A DNA stretch of 64,000 nucleotides from Christensenellaceae bacterium (GTDB lineage Bacteria; Bacillota; Clostridia; Christensenellales; Borkfalkiaceae): the NCBI GenBank assembly GCA_045633745.1, contig JAZQYW010000015.1:11042-75041 (forward strand). The letters are read 5' to 3'. Position numbers and translations under genes: made by a program. Each line of letters starts with the position of its first letter. Position 1 is the first letter of the stretch. Shown here piece after piece: positions 1 through 10,023 of the stretch. The notes under the pieces were generated by a model. The model did not search any database and was not told the origin of the DNA. It saw only the letters and a list, made by a program, of their open reading frames with translations.

Positions 1-82
1 ATTAAAATAAACCAAAATACAATATATTGTATTAAAAAACAAAATTCTTTAAAATTCCTTGAAAAATTTTGTCGAATAATCT

Positions 83-110
83 TGCAATGGTGCCAATTTT
101 GTGTTATTAT
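83..110 (+). promoter_or_regulatory. putative sigma-A promoter of the purine permease gene
   Basis: TTGCAA (83-88), 16-nt spacer, TGT-TATTAT extended -10 (102-110), upstream of the AGGAGG RBS. Confidence 0.45.
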
Positions 111-143
111 GTTTGCATAATAATAAATTAAGGAGGAACTCTT

Positions 144-1544
144 ATGAGTGACAAATCACAAACTAAGTTCGGCAAAGCGCTCGGACTTAAACCTGACACT
201 AGCATTAAGACGGAAATCATCGCTGGTTTAACCACTTTCTTTGCTATGTGTTACATCATCTTTGTAAACCCTGACTTCCTTTCTGGAAAGAATCCAACAT
301 CACCATTGTTTAATGCGGCTTACATTGGAACAATCATCGCAGCAGTTATTGGTACTTTATTGTATGCATTCCTTGCTAAAAAACCATTTGCACAAGCATC
401 CGGCATGGGCTTAAATGCATTCTTTATGGTAAGCTTTATGTTCGCTGCTGGTGACCCAGCTGCAAACTATGGCGCAGGCTTAGTAATCATCCTTATTTCA
501 GGTTTGATTTTCTTAATCCTTTCTGTAACTGGTTTAAGAAGTTATATTGCTAAATCACTTCCAGACTGCTTAAAGAAGGCTATCCCTGCTGGTATCGGCT
601 TGTTTATCGCTTTCATCGGTTTACAAGGCGCTGGTATCTCTGTTGATGGTGCAACACTCGTTTGCTTACCTGACCTTAGAAACTGGGATGTTGCTGGTCC
701 TGTTCTCGCTGCTATCCTTGGTCTTATCGCTATCGTTATCTTTAACAAAGTTGGCGCTGGCTGGATGAAGAAAGCTTCTATCGTTTTAGGTATTTTGGTT
801 TCAACAGTTCTTTACTATTTGTTCACTTGGACTGTTCCAAGCTTTGAACTTGGTCAAATCGGTCAATCATTCAAAGATTTCGGCGAATATGGTTTCTCTG
901 TATTTAAGCCAGAAAGTTGGAAAGTTGCATTTGATGGCGCGACCTTTGGTTCAATCTTCGCTGTTATTATGCTTATTATAACTTTCTGTTTAGTTGATAT
1001 GTTCGATACAATCGGAACACTTTACGGTACTTGTGCACAAGCAAATATGCTTGATGAAAACGGCGACCCAGAAGACATCGAAAAGTGCATGCTTTGCGAC
1101 TCTATCGCTACTGCTGCTGGTGCTATGGTTGGTGTTTCAACTGTTACAACTTTCGTTGAATCTGCATCAGGCGTTGCTGAAGGTGGTAGAACAGGTTTAA
1201 CAGCTTTAACAACTGCTGCATTGTTTGCAATTTGCTTAGTATTATCACCACTTGCTGGTATTATTCCAGGCGTTGCTACTGCACCTGCTCTTATCTACGT
1301 TGGTTTATTGATGCTCCGTAACTTTAAGGCTGTTGATATGGAAGACTTGTCAAGTGCTGTTCCTGCATTCGTTGCATTAATTATAATGCCTTTGACATAC
1401 TCTATCTCTAACGGTATCGCTCTCGGCGCTATTACTTACGTTCTTATCCAACTCTTAACTGGTAAGTATTCAAAGAAAGATATCGTTGTTACTGTAATCT
1501 CTCTTCTCTTTGTTTTGAGATACGTTTTAGTTCCAGCAATGTAA
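144..1544 (+). CDS. NCS2/AzgA-family purine (adenine/guanine/hypoxanthine) permease
   Basis: 466 aa polytopic membrane protein. N-terminus TEIIAGLTTFFAMCYIIFVNP and overall layout are typical of the PbuG/AzgA family. Confidence 0.85.
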   Translation: MSDKSQTKFGKALGLKPDTSIKTEIIAGLTTFFAMCYIIFVNPDFLSGKNPTSPLFNAAYIGTIIAAVIGTLLYAFLAKKPFAQASGMGLNAFFMVSFMFAAGDPAANYGAGLVIILISGLIFLILSVTGLRSYIAKSLPDCLKKAIPAGIGLFIAFIGLQGAGISVDGATLVCLPDLRNWDVAGPVLAAILGLIAIVIFNKVGAGWMKKASIVLGILVSTVLYYLFTWTVPSFELGQIGQSFKDFGEYGFSVFKPESWKVAFDGATFGSIFAVIMLIITFCLVDMFDTIGTLYGTCAQANMLDENGDPEDIEKCMLCDSIATAAGAMVGVSTVTTFVESASGVAEGGRTGLTALTTAALFAICLVLSPLAGIIPGVATAPALIYVGLLMLRNFKAVDMEDLSSAVPAFVALIIMPLTYSISNGIALGAITYVLIQLLTGKYSKKDIVVTVISLLFVLRYVLVPAM

Positions 1545-1563
1545 TTAAACACAAATTAAACTT

Positions 1564-1596
1564 AAAGCCTTGCGAATTTTCGCAAGGCTTTTTTAT
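1564..1596. terminator. bidirectional rho-independent terminator between convergent genes
   Basis: GCCTTGCG-aatttt-CGCAAGGC stem with A-run upstream and T-run downstream. Confidence 0.7.
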
Positions 1597-1614
1597 TTGT
1601 CTTTTTGTTGTTAA

Positions 1615-2862
1615 TCAATACCCTTTCTTTCTGCCAAGTTCGGTATTATCAGTCTTTCTATCCCTTAAAGTTTTTTCAATATTTGGCTTATCTTCATAGC
1701 GATAGTCTTCGCCATATTTCTTGATATACTTTTCAATAACGTTGTGCGACGCAACTTGTCCTATACTTGAATTAACTTGTCTTTGATACTTAAAGTAATC
1801 GTGATTATCAGGCAAATCATTAATATTGATGGTATCTTCATAATATCCCGTAAGTCTAACACTCTTTATAACGTCACGAATATATTCTTTGTTTGATTTT
1901 AAGGTAATTAAATCAGGGAAATCTGCCCCACCGACAAATAGTTGTTCCCACTCTCTGCCTTCATATTTTTTAAGCATTTCGCTTGCAATTTTAAGGTGCT
2001 TTAATTCTTGTTCAAAATGCTCAAGCCAAATCTTTTTGATTTGTGGGTGGGTTTCCGTTTGATAGCAAGAATAATACAAATAACACTCTGTATATTCGTG
2101 CATAACCCAACCTTCAAACATAGTGCAAGACGGGTCTAATAAAGAACCATAGCCCGTCACGTGTTCTTCTTCAATCATTGCGATTTCCGTGAACAATTTT
2201 CTGCCCAAATCGCTGTGATAAATATTGCCCACGTTCATATAAAAGTTCATTGTTTGTTGTTCGGCAGCAGTGATTATATTTGCGTGCAATCTTGTAATCA
2301 AAGCATCTTGCCACTCGTTGATATACCTTCTAACGTCGTCGTTTGGATACCTATGCTCTGCGATTGTTGGGCGGGCTGGTGTGATTTCTGTATATCCCCC
2401 AACAAGTCTTTCAGCGTGCACCCCTTCTTCCATATCTAAAAGGTTTGCATACCTATAAAGATGGTCAAAGTCTTCTAAAAGGGCAAAATCTAATTGTGCT
2501 TTCACAAAAGGATTTGGCTCTTTTTTTGCCATATCAGCCGTTAAATCAACGGCAAGTTGTTCGTAAGCAATGGTCGTTTCCAAAATGCTTTCATCAATAG
2601 GTTTTAAGGCTGAAATGCGTTTTTGTTGGAATTGTTCTTGTCTTCTCACCCCTGCTAAAACACGACGAACGTCATTGTTTAAGCAATGTCTGTTGAAGTG
2701 GTGCAAAAACCAGTTTGATTCAAACTCCGTTCCGTTCATTAAAATAACCCTTGTTTTCGTGTAAGGGTCGGTTGAGTTTTTGTCATATGGCTTTACTGCC
2801 ACGTTTGACCAACTTGGATAGGTCAGTTTTGTGTCTTTTGGCAATTCTTTAAATGGATTCAT
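1615..2862 (-). CDS. ferritin-like / diiron four-helix-bundle family protein (function unknown)
   Basis: Repeated ExxH-type motifs (DFDH, EEEH, ELKH). Start moved to MNPFKE (ATG 2862), which has AAGGAG about 10 nt upstream. Confidence 0.4.
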   Translation of the reverse strand: MNPFKELPKDTKLTYPSWSNVAVKPYDKNSTDPYTKTRVILMNGTEFESNWFLHHFNRHCLNNDVRRVLAGVRRQEQFQQKRISALKPIDESILETTIAYEQLAVDLTADMAKKEPNPFVKAQLDFALLEDFDHLYRYANLLDMEEGVHAERLVGGYTEITPARPTIAEHRYPNDDVRRYINEWQDALITRLHANIITAAEQQTMNFYMNVGNIYHSDLGRKLFTEIAMIEEEHVTGYGSLLDPSCTMFEGWVMHEYTECYLYYSCYQTETHPQIKKIWLEHFEQELKHLKIASEMLKKYEGREWEQLFVGGADFPDLITLKSNKEYIRDVIKSVRLTGYYEDTININDLPDNHDYFKYQRQVNSSIGQVASHNVIEKYIKKYGEDYRYEDKPNIEKTLRDRKTDNTELGRKKGY

Positions 2863-2918
2863 TTTTCTTTTTCTCCTTTTTTTAAGAAGTTTTGCCAAAC
2901 AAATATTTTTTATACAAA

Positions 2919-2956
2919 ATAAAAAAACCTTTTGTTGCTTTCACAAAAAAGGTTTT
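2919..2956 (-). terminator. rho-independent terminator after the VanZ-like gene
   Basis: AAAACCTTTT...AAAAGGTTTT stem followed by a T-run on the minus strand. Confidence 0.55.
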
Positions 2957-3408
2957 TATTTTTTTATTCGTTTTATTAAATAATGCGTTGCGTAAGACAA
3001 TATAATTGAAATTGAAAAACCCAAAGCGTCAATCATAACGTCGGTTATTGATGCCGTTCTTTTTGAGATGTTTTGCAAACTTTCATCAATTATTGCAACC
3101 ACAAAGCACGAAGTAAATATCCATACAAGATTTTTTATATCAAATCCGTAAATAAGGTTAAACAATATCGTTATTTCCACACCAAGCACAAAGAATTCAA
3201 CAACATGGGCAAATTTTCTAAACAAACCGTGGCTGATTGCACCCTTGCCAAACACTGCGTTTAATAAGTTTGAAAAACTGCTATATACTTGTGCTGAATT
3301 TTGCCTTGATTGCGACGATGGCTTAAGCGAATTTGACCAAATAAACAATATTGTCAAAAAAGTCGTTAGACCAACTGTCGCAATGGCAATTTTTCTTTTT
3401 GTTTGCAT
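2956..3408 (-). CDS. VanZ-like family membrane protein
   Basis: 150 aa, four predicted TM helices, FAHVVEF and DESLQ motifs typical of the VanZ family. Confidence 0.6.
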   Translation of the reverse strand: MQTKRKIAIATVGLTTFLTILFIWSNSLKPSSQSRQNSAQVYSSFSNLLNAVFGKGAISHGLFRKFAHVVEFFVLGVEITILFNLIYGFDIKNLVWIFTSCFVVAIIDESLQNISKRTASITDVMIDALGFSISIILSYATHYLIKRIKK

Positions 3409-3411
3409 AAA

Positions 3412-4908
3412 TTACCTATTATATTTTTTAGTTAGTTTTTTTATATTTGCAAAACTCTTTTTATTTATCTGTGACTTTTCAAACTTAACAGCCCAGTTAT
3501 TATCCTTAACAATACCCGGTTGGTTTATTCTATAATCATCATCAAGACACAAAACGTCTTGCATAGGCAATATAAATAATTTTGATTTGGTTGCAAAACC
3601 AAGTTCAATTATTGCGTTTACAATATCTTTATTATTGCTTATATCTGCCTTAATATTAAACAGTTCCAAACTGTTTTTAACACCGTTTACTAGGTTGTTA
3701 TAATCCCAGTCGTTAAGTTTTCTTATAAGCCCCAAAAGAGTATCGTTATCGTGCGTTCCCGTATAGCAAACAGAGTTTTCAACTATATTTTCTGGCAAGT
3801 ATAAATTGCCCTTATCCCCGTTAAACGCAAAAGATAAAACCTTCATTCCCGGATAACCAACGTGGTTAAGCAAGTCTCTAACGCCATCGTCAATTAAGCC
3901 CAAATCTTCGGCAATAATTTTGTTTTTATCAACTTTAGCGTGGATTGCAGAAAATAGTTCTGTTGACGGAACTTTTACCCACTCACCTTCTCTTGCATTA
4001 GTCTTGCCACTTTCCACTTGATAATATCTATCCAAACCTCTAAAATGGTCTATCCTAACCAAGTCAAAGATTTTTAGTACCCTTTTTATTCTATGCGTCC
4101 ACCACGAAAAATTGTCCTTTTTATGAGTTTCATAATCATAAACTGGATTTCCCCAAAGTTGACCGTCTGCACAAAAATAATCGGGTGGCACACCTGCAAC
4201 CTTTGTCGGTGCAAAATTCTCATCTAACTTAAAAAGCGACTTATTTGTCCAAACGTCAACGCTGTCAAGTGCAACGTAAAGTGGCATATCGCCCATTATC
4301 TTTACGCCCTTGCTGTTGGCATATTTTTTCAAATCCATCCATTGCGATTTTGCAATAAACTGAACGAATTGCCAAAAAAGGACTTGGTCCTTATATGCCT
4401 TTTCAAACTTTTTAAGTGCCTTTCTATCCCTATTTTTAAGGTCAGCATCCCACTCGTAAAAATGTTTTTGACCAGATGCGTATTTTATTGACATAAAAAG
4501 TGCGTAATCGTAACTTTCCTTGCTCTTTACATACTTGTTAAATTCTGGATTTCCTTTATCAAACCTAGAAAAAGCCTTTTTCAAAAGTGGATATCTAACG
4601 GCGTATAATTCACCATAGTCTATATACTGTTTATCAGCAAGCGAAAACTTTAATTCTTCTTTAGTTATTAAGCCTTGTTCTTTTAATAATTCTGGGCTAA
4701 TAAAATAAGGATTAAACGAAGACCCGCAAATAGAAGAATATGGCGAGTTGCCATACCCCGTTTGAACGAGTGGTAAAACTTGCCATACCTTTTGATTAGC
4801 ATCGCTTATTAAATCAATAAACCTATAACTTTCCTTGCCAAAATCACCTATGCCGTATTTACTTGGCAAACTGAATATCGGCATTAAAACTCCGCTTTGT
4901 CTTTCCAT
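3412..4908 (-). CDS. malQ: 4-alpha-glucanotransferase (amylomaltase, GH77)
   Basis: N-terminus RQSGVLMPIFSLPSKYGIGDFG, DHFRG and TGTHDNDT motifs. Confidence 0.9.
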   Translation of the reverse strand: MERQSGVLMPIFSLPSKYGIGDFGKESYRFIDLISDANQKVWQVLPLVQTGYGNSPYSSICGSSFNPYFISPELLKEQGLITKEELKFSLADKQYIDYGELYAVRYPLLKKAFSRFDKGNPEFNKYVKSKESYDYALFMSIKYASGQKHFYEWDADLKNRDRKALKKFEKAYKDQVLFWQFVQFIAKSQWMDLKKYANSKGVKIMGDMPLYVALDSVDVWTNKSLFKLDENFAPTKVAGVPPDYFCADGQLWGNPVYDYETHKKDNFSWWTHRIKRVLKIFDLVRIDHFRGLDRYYQVESGKTNAREGEWVKVPSTELFSAIHAKVDKNKIIAEDLGLIDDGVRDLLNHVGYPGMKVLSFAFNGDKGNLYLPENIVENSVCYTGTHDNDTLLGLIRKLNDWDYNNLVNGVKNSLELFNIKADISNNKDIVNAIIELGFATKSKLFILPMQDVLCLDDDYRINQPGIVKDNNWAVKFEKSQINKKSFANIKKLTKKYNR

Positions 4909-4940
4909 ATTTTATTAATGCAACTGCCCTATCCTTTTAG

Positions 4941-5678
4941 TTAAATAGTAAAACCGCCGTCGCAAGAAATAACTTGCCCCGTGATAAATTTTGAATTTTC
5001 CGTGCCCAAGAAATAAACTAAATCAGCAACTTCTTCTGGCGACCCTATTCTATTTAGTGGCGTTTCATTTGCAAGTTCATCTAAATCTTCTTTAGATAGG
5101 TGTGAATTCATAGGCGTATCTATAACCCCAGGGCAAACGCAGTTGACGTTTATGTTTGATGGACCAACTTCCTTTGCAAGTGCTTTAGTAAAGCCGATTA
5201 AACTTGCCTTGCTTGCCGAATAGCACACTTCCATACTGCTTCCAACAAGCCCCCACATTGATGAGATATTGACTATTTTGCCCGACTTTTTTGATATCAT
5301 ACCCTTAAGAACTTTGTTCGTGATTAAATACGCACTTTTAACGTTGATATCAAAAACATTGTTCCAGTCTTGTTCGGTGGTGTCGGTTATAAGTTTTGTT
5401 AAACTTACGCCAGCATTGTTAACTAAAACGTCTATACTCTTAAAACTTGAAAAGACGTTAGTCATCATATTTTCAATATCTTCGGTTTTTGATAGGTCTG
5501 CTTTTATTGAATAAAAATAATCGCTTTTGCCTTGCAATTTTAATTGCGTGATAAAATCATCAATACTTTGTTGATTACAATTATATTGACCTATAACGAA
5601 ATATCCACTATCAATAAACTTTTGTGAAATCGCCCTGCCTATTCCACCGCTTGCGCCAGTCACTAATGCTACTTTCAA
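4941..5678 (-). CDS. SDR-family oxidoreductase, FabG-like 3-oxoacyl reductase
   Basis: TGASGGIG Rossmann motif, NNAG, YSASK catalytic motif. Confidence 0.8.
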   Translation of the reverse strand: MKVALVTGASGGIGRAISQKFIDSGYFVIGQYNCNQQSIDDFITQLKLQGKSDYFYSIKADLSKTEDIENMMTNVFSSFKSIDVLVNNAGVSLTKLITDTTEQDWNNVFDINVKSAYLITNKVLKGMISKKSGKIVNISSMWGLVGSSMEVCYSASKASLIGFTKALAKEVGPSNINVNCVCPGVIDTPMNSHLSKEDLDELANETPLNRIGSPEEVADLVYFLGTENSKFITGQVISCDGGFTI

Positions 5679-5704
5679 AATATCACCTAAATTACTTTTT
5701 ATTG

Positions 5705-5735
5705 TAAAAAACCCGCAAAAAAATTTTTGCGGGCA
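5705..5735 (-). terminator. rho-independent terminator after efp
   Basis: CCCGCAAAAA/TTTTTGCGGG stem then a T-run on the minus strand. Confidence 0.7.
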
Positions 5736-5765
5736 TTATTTATCGGTTTTAATTACTATATAATC

Positions 5766-6326
5766 TTAACCCTTAACTCTTTCCATGTATTCGCCAGTTC
5801 TTGTGTCAACTCTGATGAGTTCACCTTCTTCAACGAACATAGGAACTTGAAGGCGTGTGCCTGTTTCCAAAACTGCTTCTTTTGTTGCGTTTGTTGCTGT
5901 GTTGCCCTTAACTGATGGGTCTGCTTGTGTGACACGAAGTACAACAAAGTTTTCACATTCAACAGAGAAAGCAACGCCCTTGTATGACCTTACGATAACT
6001 GGGTCGTTTTCTTTAATCCATTTAAGTGCATCTTCAACTTGGTCATAGTTGAGTGGTGTAAGGTTGAATTCTTGGTCCATAAAGTAGTAAAGTTCACCAT
6101 CTGTATATGAATATGTCATATTTCTTGTTTCAATTTGTGCTTCTTGAACTTTTTCGGTTGGGTTCCAAGTTTTTTCCAAAACCTTGCCAGTAACAACGTT
6201 CTTCATTGTCGTTCTAACGAACGCTGCGCCTTTACCAGGTTTAACGTGTTGGAATTCAACGATTGTGTAAATACCACTTTCATATTCGAAAGTAACGCCC
6301 TTTCTAAAATCGCCTGCTGTAATCAT
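5766..6326 (-). CDS. efp: elongation factor P
   Basis: 186 aa, [19 protein letters not shown] motif. Confidence 0.95.
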   Translation of the reverse strand: MITAGDFRKGVTFEYESGIYTIVEFQHVKPGKGAAFVRTTMKNVVTGKVLEKTWNPTEKVQEAQIETRNMTYSYTDGELYYFMDQEFNLTPLNYDQVEDALKWIKENDPVIVRSYKGVAFSVECENFVVLRVTQADPSVKGNTATNATKEAVLETGTRLQVPMFVEEGELIRVDTRTGEYMERVKG

Positions 6327-6354
6327 AGTGTTTCTCCTTTTTTATGACTAATTA

Positions 6355-7395
6355 TTATTTTTTTATTATTTTCAACTCTTTACTGTCAGTAAAAAGCCTT
6401 TTTATACCATCTTTTGTAAGTAATACCGTGTCTTCTATCCTTATCCCGAACTTGCCGTCTAAATATACCCCAGGTTCTATTGTGAATAGCATATTTTCTT
6501 TTAACTTATCTTTTCTCTTAAAAGATAAGGTTGGGTATTCGTGAATTTCAAGACCTATGCCGTGCCCCAAAGAGTGTGTAAAATATTTATCCAAACCCTT
6601 TTCTTTAAGGTAATTTCTTGCAAAGCCATCTGCAACGTCGGTTATAGTGCCAACCGTAATGCTTTCTTCTGCCAATTCGTTTGCCTTAAGAACTGCATCA
6701 TAACAATTTATAAATTCTTTATTTGGATTTCCAAAAAACACCGTTCTTGTTATATCAGAGCAATATCCGTTATACCTTGCACCCATATCGATTAGAATAG
6801 GCATATCTTCTTCTAATCTGGTTTCGCCCGTCTTGTGATGTGGAACGGCACCGTTTTTAGAAAATGCAACGATTGTTTCAAACGAAGGTCCTTCGCCACC
6901 AAGTTCTAAAATATAATTTTCAATTATATCTTTTAGTTCAAGTTCGGTCATACCAAGCCTAACTTGTTCTAAACCTTTATCAAGTGCTTTTTGGGCAATT
7001 TCACAAGCCTTAATCGTGTTTTCAATTTCCACTTGCGTTTTAACTGCACGCATTTCTTTTATAATGCTTTCGCAATCTTCAATTTGCACTCCAAACTTTT
7101 TATATTCGTTATATTCTTTAACCGTCACTTTAGAAAAATCTATAAACAACTTTTCCGTGCCGATTTGGATTAAAAAATCCTTAACGTCATCTATACTTGA
7201 ATAAAGTTTAACCTGAACACCAAGTTTATTAAGTTCATCTTTAACCCCGAAAAAATATCTGGCATCAACAAAGAGCGTTTTTTCATCAGCAAGAACCAAA
7301 TATCCTTCGTCAAGAGTAGCGCCCATTATATATTTTGCCGTTATTTCATCAGTTATAAGACAAGCATTTTTGTTAGAAAAAGAATGTTTTTTCAT
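6355..7395 (-). CDS. pepP: M24-family Xaa-Pro aminopeptidase
   Basis: HSLGHGIGLEIHE and EPGVY metal-ligand motifs, plus the classic position upstream of efp. Confidence 0.85.
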   Translation of the reverse strand: MKKHSFSNKNACLITDEITAKYIMGATLDEGYLVLADEKTLFVDARYFFGVKDELNKLGVQVKLYSSIDDVKDFLIQIGTEKLFIDFSKVTVKEYNEYKKFGVQIEDCESIIKEMRAVKTQVEIENTIKACEIAQKALDKGLEQVRLGMTELELKDIIENYILELGGEGPSFETIVAFSKNGAVPHHKTGETRLEEDMPILIDMGARYNGYCSDITRTVFFGNPNKEFINCYDAVLKANELAEESITVGTITDVADGFARNYLKEKGLDKYFTHSLGHGIGLEIHEYPTLSFKRKDKLKENMLFTIEPGVYLDGKFGIRIEDTVLLTKDGIKRLFTDSKELKIIKK

Positions 7396-7452
7396 TTAAC
7401 TATAATATTTTACCAAAATTTTATAAAAAAGTCAATTATAGCGATATATAAT

Positions 7453-8298
7453 TTATCTTTCAAAATATATATTTTGCATCTTTACTGCGTCAACATCTTG
7501 CGTTCCTGCCGATTCACATATAATAAATGGCTCTAAAGCAAGTTTTTTTAACGCACTTGCAAGTGGCTCAAAACAAGGCCCGTAATGAGTGTCTTCAAAG
7601 GTCAAGTGCCTAACTTCGCCCTTTGCCGAATATTCGATTTTTGAAAAGTGGATATGAAAATTTTTCATTCTTTCATAGCCCAAATTATCAAGCATGTAAT
7701 TTAATCTATCTAAATAATCTTGTTCTGTTTTAAGCGAACCGAATTCCCTTGCGTTTATATGCCCAAAGTCAACGGCTGGGGTGTATATTTTGTCAATCTT
7801 GCAAAACTCAACCACTTCTTCAATCGTGCCGATTTGACCAAGTTTACCCATAGTTTCTGGGCAGTAAATAAGGTCATTGAGCCCTTTTTCGTAAACTATA
7901 TCCCTTAAAGTTTCAAGCCTTTTAATTGTCAAAGCAACGGCTTGTTCCCTTTTCATTTTGCCTTGGCTTGCTGGGTGAAAAACAACTCTTTTTCCGCCCA
8001 TAATTTTGACCTTTTCAGCCGATTGCAAAACGTAAGAATAAGACTTAAGGGCATTTTCTTCTTCAGGGTTTGCAAAGTTAATATAATACGGTGCGTGCAC
8101 GCTTATTTCCACACCGTTTTCCTTAAACGCTTTACCTATACTTTCAGCCCTTTCATTAGAAAGGTTTACACCACGCCCAAACGAATATTCAAAACAAGAT
8201 AGCCCCAAGTTTTTAACCCAAACTGCACTCTCTTCACTCTTTGAGTGCCCCGCTTCACTAAAGGCTATTGAATTGCCACTTGGCCCAAATTTAATCAT
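7453..8298 (-). CDS. xylose-isomerase-like TIM-barrel protein, AP endonuclease family 2 (Nfo-like)
   Basis: 281 aa with SVHAPYYINFANP and VFHP motifs resembling endonuclease IV-type proteins. Confidence 0.55.
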   Translation of the reverse strand: MIKFGPSGNSIAFSEAGHSKSEESAVWVKNLGLSCFEYSFGRGVNLSNERAESIGKAFKENGVEISVHAPYYINFANPEEENALKSYSYVLQSAEKVKIMGGKRVVFHPASQGKMKREQAVALTIKRLETLRDIVYEKGLNDLIYCPETMGKLGQIGTIEEVVEFCKIDKIYTPAVDFGHINAREFGSLKTEQDYLDRLNYMLDNLGYERMKNFHIHFSKIEYSAKGEVRHLTFEDTHYGPCFEPLASALKKLALEPFIICESAGTQDVDAVKMQNIYFER

Positions 8299-9184
8299 TG
8301 TTTTCCCCTTTTGTCATTTGAGTATCTTTGTTTAATTGTTCGATTAATTCTTCTGCACTATCAAACTTTTTTATATCACGAATATAATCTAAAAATTGAA
8401 CTTCAATTTCCTTTCCGTATAAATTTCCATCAAAGCCGATTAAGTGTGCTTCAACAAGTTTTTCTTCTAAATTAAAAGTTGGCCTTGCACCGTAGTTGAT
8501 TATGCTTTTATAAGGCTTTTTATCAACTTCAACAACGCCAGAATACACGCCGTTCTTAATAGAAAATTTTTGGTTGTTAAGAATAACGTTCGCCGTTGGA
8601 AAACCTAGTTTTTTGCCAACTTGCCTATCCTTTTTAACCACACCACTAATTGAATAATTTCTGCCTAAAAGTGCGTTTGCTTTTTTTATTTCGCCATTTT
8701 CTAAAAGTTGTTTTATTAAGGTGGTTGAAACCTTTTGTCCGTCAATGGAAAGAGTGTCAACCACTATATGTTTTTGGTTGTTTGCCCTTGCATATTCAGT
8801 CAAATACTCAACGTTGCCCTTGCCAAAGGCACCAAAAGTATAGTCAACCCCACTAACGTAGCCTTTAATATTAAATTTTTGATTAAGGTTGTCCAAGAAA
8901 ACCTTTTTATCAAGTGATAAAAATTCTTTGGTTATAGGTGCAAAATAAATTTCATCTGCACCAAACGCTTTTATTATTTTTTCTCTTTCGGTTGGCAAAT
9001 ATACACTGCTTTCCTTTCTGCCACATAAGACATCTTTAACGTTGCCTAAAAAGGTAAACACAGTCAAAGAGCAACCGTTTGCATCAGCAAACGCTTTTGC
9101 TTGTTTAATCACCCTTTGATGTCCTAAATGCACGCTGTCAAAATAACCCAGCGCAATAACCGTTGGTAAAACTTTATCTAACAT
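8291..9184 (-). CDS. ribF: bifunctional riboflavin kinase / FMN adenylyltransferase
   Basis: GYFDSVHLGHQ nucleotidyltransferase motif, C-terminal PTAN riboflavin kinase motif, synteny after truB. Confidence 0.9.
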   Translation of the reverse strand: MLDKVLPTVIALGYFDSVHLGHQRVIKQAKAFADANGCSLTVFTFLGNVKDVLCGRKESSVYLPTEREKIIKAFGADEIYFAPITKEFLSLDKKVFLDNLNQKFNIKGYVSGVDYTFGAFGKGNVEYLTEYARANNQKHIVVDTLSIDGQKVSTTLIKQLLENGEIKKANALLGRNYSISGVVKKDRQVGKKLGFPTANVILNNQKFSIKNGVYSGVVEVDKKPYKSIINYGARPTFNLEEKLVEAHLIGFDGNLYGKEIEVQFLDYIRDIKKFDSAEELIEQLNKDTQMTKGENND

Positions 9185-10022
9185 AAGAGTTTATCCTTAA
9201 AATACCTTCACTGGCCTTGCCCACACCTATAAATTTACCTTGGTTATAAACCCTATAAGTGCCGTCTTTAAATCCGTAATTTTCAAACACGCCGTCCAAA
9301 ATTTTTTGGGCTTGTTTTTCGGTTAAATCAAGTTTATCAAAACTTACAGCACTGTCTGGTGCAATGATAAAATCATCAACGTTTTCAAGGCTTTTTAACG
9401 CATCGATAGTGATGCCGTTTTCATAATTAAAGATACCACTTTTAACTCTTGAAAGTTTACTCATTGTGCCAAGTGAAGAACACGCAATCGCAATGTCCCT
9501 TGCAAGTGAACGGATATAAGTTCCACCCTTACACTCAATTTTAAACTCAAATTCGTTTTCTGCAATTTGTCCCAAACACTCTAAAGACAAAATGCTAACT
9601 TTTTTGGCTTCAAGTGTAAATTCAACCCCTTGTCTTGCAAGTTGATACCCCCTTTTGCCGTTAATACATTTTGCCGAATATTTTGGTGGCATTTGCTCTA
9701 TTTCGCCAACAAAATTAGTCAAGACTGCGTTAATTTCTTCAAGGGTTGGTATTTTATCCGTCTTTTCTGTCCTTTCGCCAGTTATATCAAGAGTGTCCGT
9801 CGTGTAGCCGAAAATAAACCTTGCAATATAGGTCTTTTCTTTGTCAAGCATATACTGAAAGAGCCTTGACGCTTTGCCTATGCCAACAGGCAACACGCCT
9901 TCAGCCATAGGGTCAAGTGTGCCCATATGCCCACACGGACAATTAAATTTTTTCTTAACAGCCCCAACGGCGTAAGCCGAACTCATACCGCTTGGCTTGA
10001 TTATATTTATAAACCCTGTCAT
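9174..10022 (-). CDS. truB: tRNA pseudouridine(55) synthase
   Basis: GHMGTLDPMAEGVLPV catalytic Asp motif; synteny. Confidence 0.9.
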   Translation of the reverse strand: MTGFINIIKPSGMSSAYAVGAVKKKFNCPCGHMGTLDPMAEGVLPVGIGKASRLFQYMLDKEKTYIARFIFGYTTDTLDITGERTEKTDKIPTLEEINAVLTNFVGEIEQMPPKYSAKCINGKRGYQLARQGVEFTLEAKKVSILSLECLGQIAENEFEFKIECKGGTYIRSLARDIAIACSSLGTMSKLSRVKSGIFNYENGITIDALKSLENVDDFIIAPDSAVSFDKLDLTEKQAQKILDGVFENYGFKDGTYRVYNQGKFIGVGKASEGILRINSYVR

Positions 10023-10023
10023 T

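Noticed and set aside
1-143. Purine riboswitch upstream of the purine permease
   Set aside because: The leader is only about 30 nt after the putative -10 and shows no three-way-junction purine aptamer sequence.
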